Source: Gammaproteobacteria bacterium (GTDB taxonomy: Bacteria > Pseudomonadota > Gammaproteobacteria > JACKNK01). Taken from it: a stretch of 64,000 nucleotides of DNA. Positions 63,883 through 64,000 of this stretch are shown piece after piece. The stretch spans positions 6,791-70,790 of the forward strand of contig JACKNJ010000004.1 of the NCBI GenBank assembly GCA_024234895.1, written 5' to 3'. Positions within the stretch are counted from its first letter, which is position 1, and each line of letters begins with the position of its first letter. Position numbers and translations under genes: made by a program. The notes beneath the pieces are model-generated. The model made no database searches and was not told the DNA's origin. It saw nothing but the letters and a program-made list of their open reading frames with translations.

Positions 63883-63922
63883 AAGAAGGGCGGCCCGCTC
63901 AATGCGGGCCGCCCTTCTTTCA
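63883..63922. terminator. Long perfect hairpin after pepA, probably a bidirectional terminator
   Basis: aagaagggcggcccgctcaatgcgggccgcccttcttt, followed by tcattcc. Confidence 0.65.
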
Positions 63923-64000
63923 TTCCACTCTCCTCCCGGCTTCCTGATGGGTATTGCCTCCCAGGACCCTCGGCCGCAGGACGCGGCCGTGGAGCGCCCA

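Overview
This is a high-GC (about 68%) chromosomal segment from a gammaproteobacterium. Gene order resembles Xanthomonadales and Pseudomonas. Most of it is conserved core backbone.

- The minus strand from 1 to about 13.2 kb carries a complete 14-gene NADH:quinone oxidoreductase operon (nuoA-N). nuoC and nuoD are unfused, NuoG is short, and nuoN is cut by the window edge. Upstream of it lie tRNA-Leu(GAG), secG, tpiA and an orphan msrQ.
- The plus strand from about 16.4 to 26.9 kb carries a flagellar export, switch and regulator cluster: fliMNOPQR, flhBA, flhF, fleN and fliA. A textbook sigma-54 promoter sits in front of it. There is no fliL upstream and no che genes downstream.
- A mixed minus-strand block follows: pgl, a periplasmic rhodanese/MBL protein, an orphan double-ATPase ABC protein, a DUF1343/NamZ-like gene, and two tandem TadD-like TPR lipoproteins.
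- Next comes a hybrid histidine kinase with a divergent NMT1/SsuA-like periplasmic binding protein, a Clp/CRP-family regulator, and a small zinc-ribbon membrane protein.
- Then a pcnB-folK-dNK-panB-[insertion]-panC run. The clearest accessory element in the window sits between panB and panC: a roughly 650 bp low-GC insertion carrying one gene with a PD-(D/E)xK nuclease-like motif.
- The right part holds tRNA-Glu(CUC), pnp-rpsO, a LysR regulator with a divergent TrkA_C-containing anion transporter, NhaD, tRNA-Ser(CGA), mltF, an OsmC-like gene, ppsR, ppsA with a PilZ gene 18 bp upstream, a SAM methyltransferase, tmRNA (tag ANDDNYALAA) followed by a low-GC stretch, and pepA.
- Several families of palindromic REP-type repeats are scattered through intergenic regions, including one inside the fliQ-fliR gap.
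- There are no CRISPR arrays, transposases or prophage genes.
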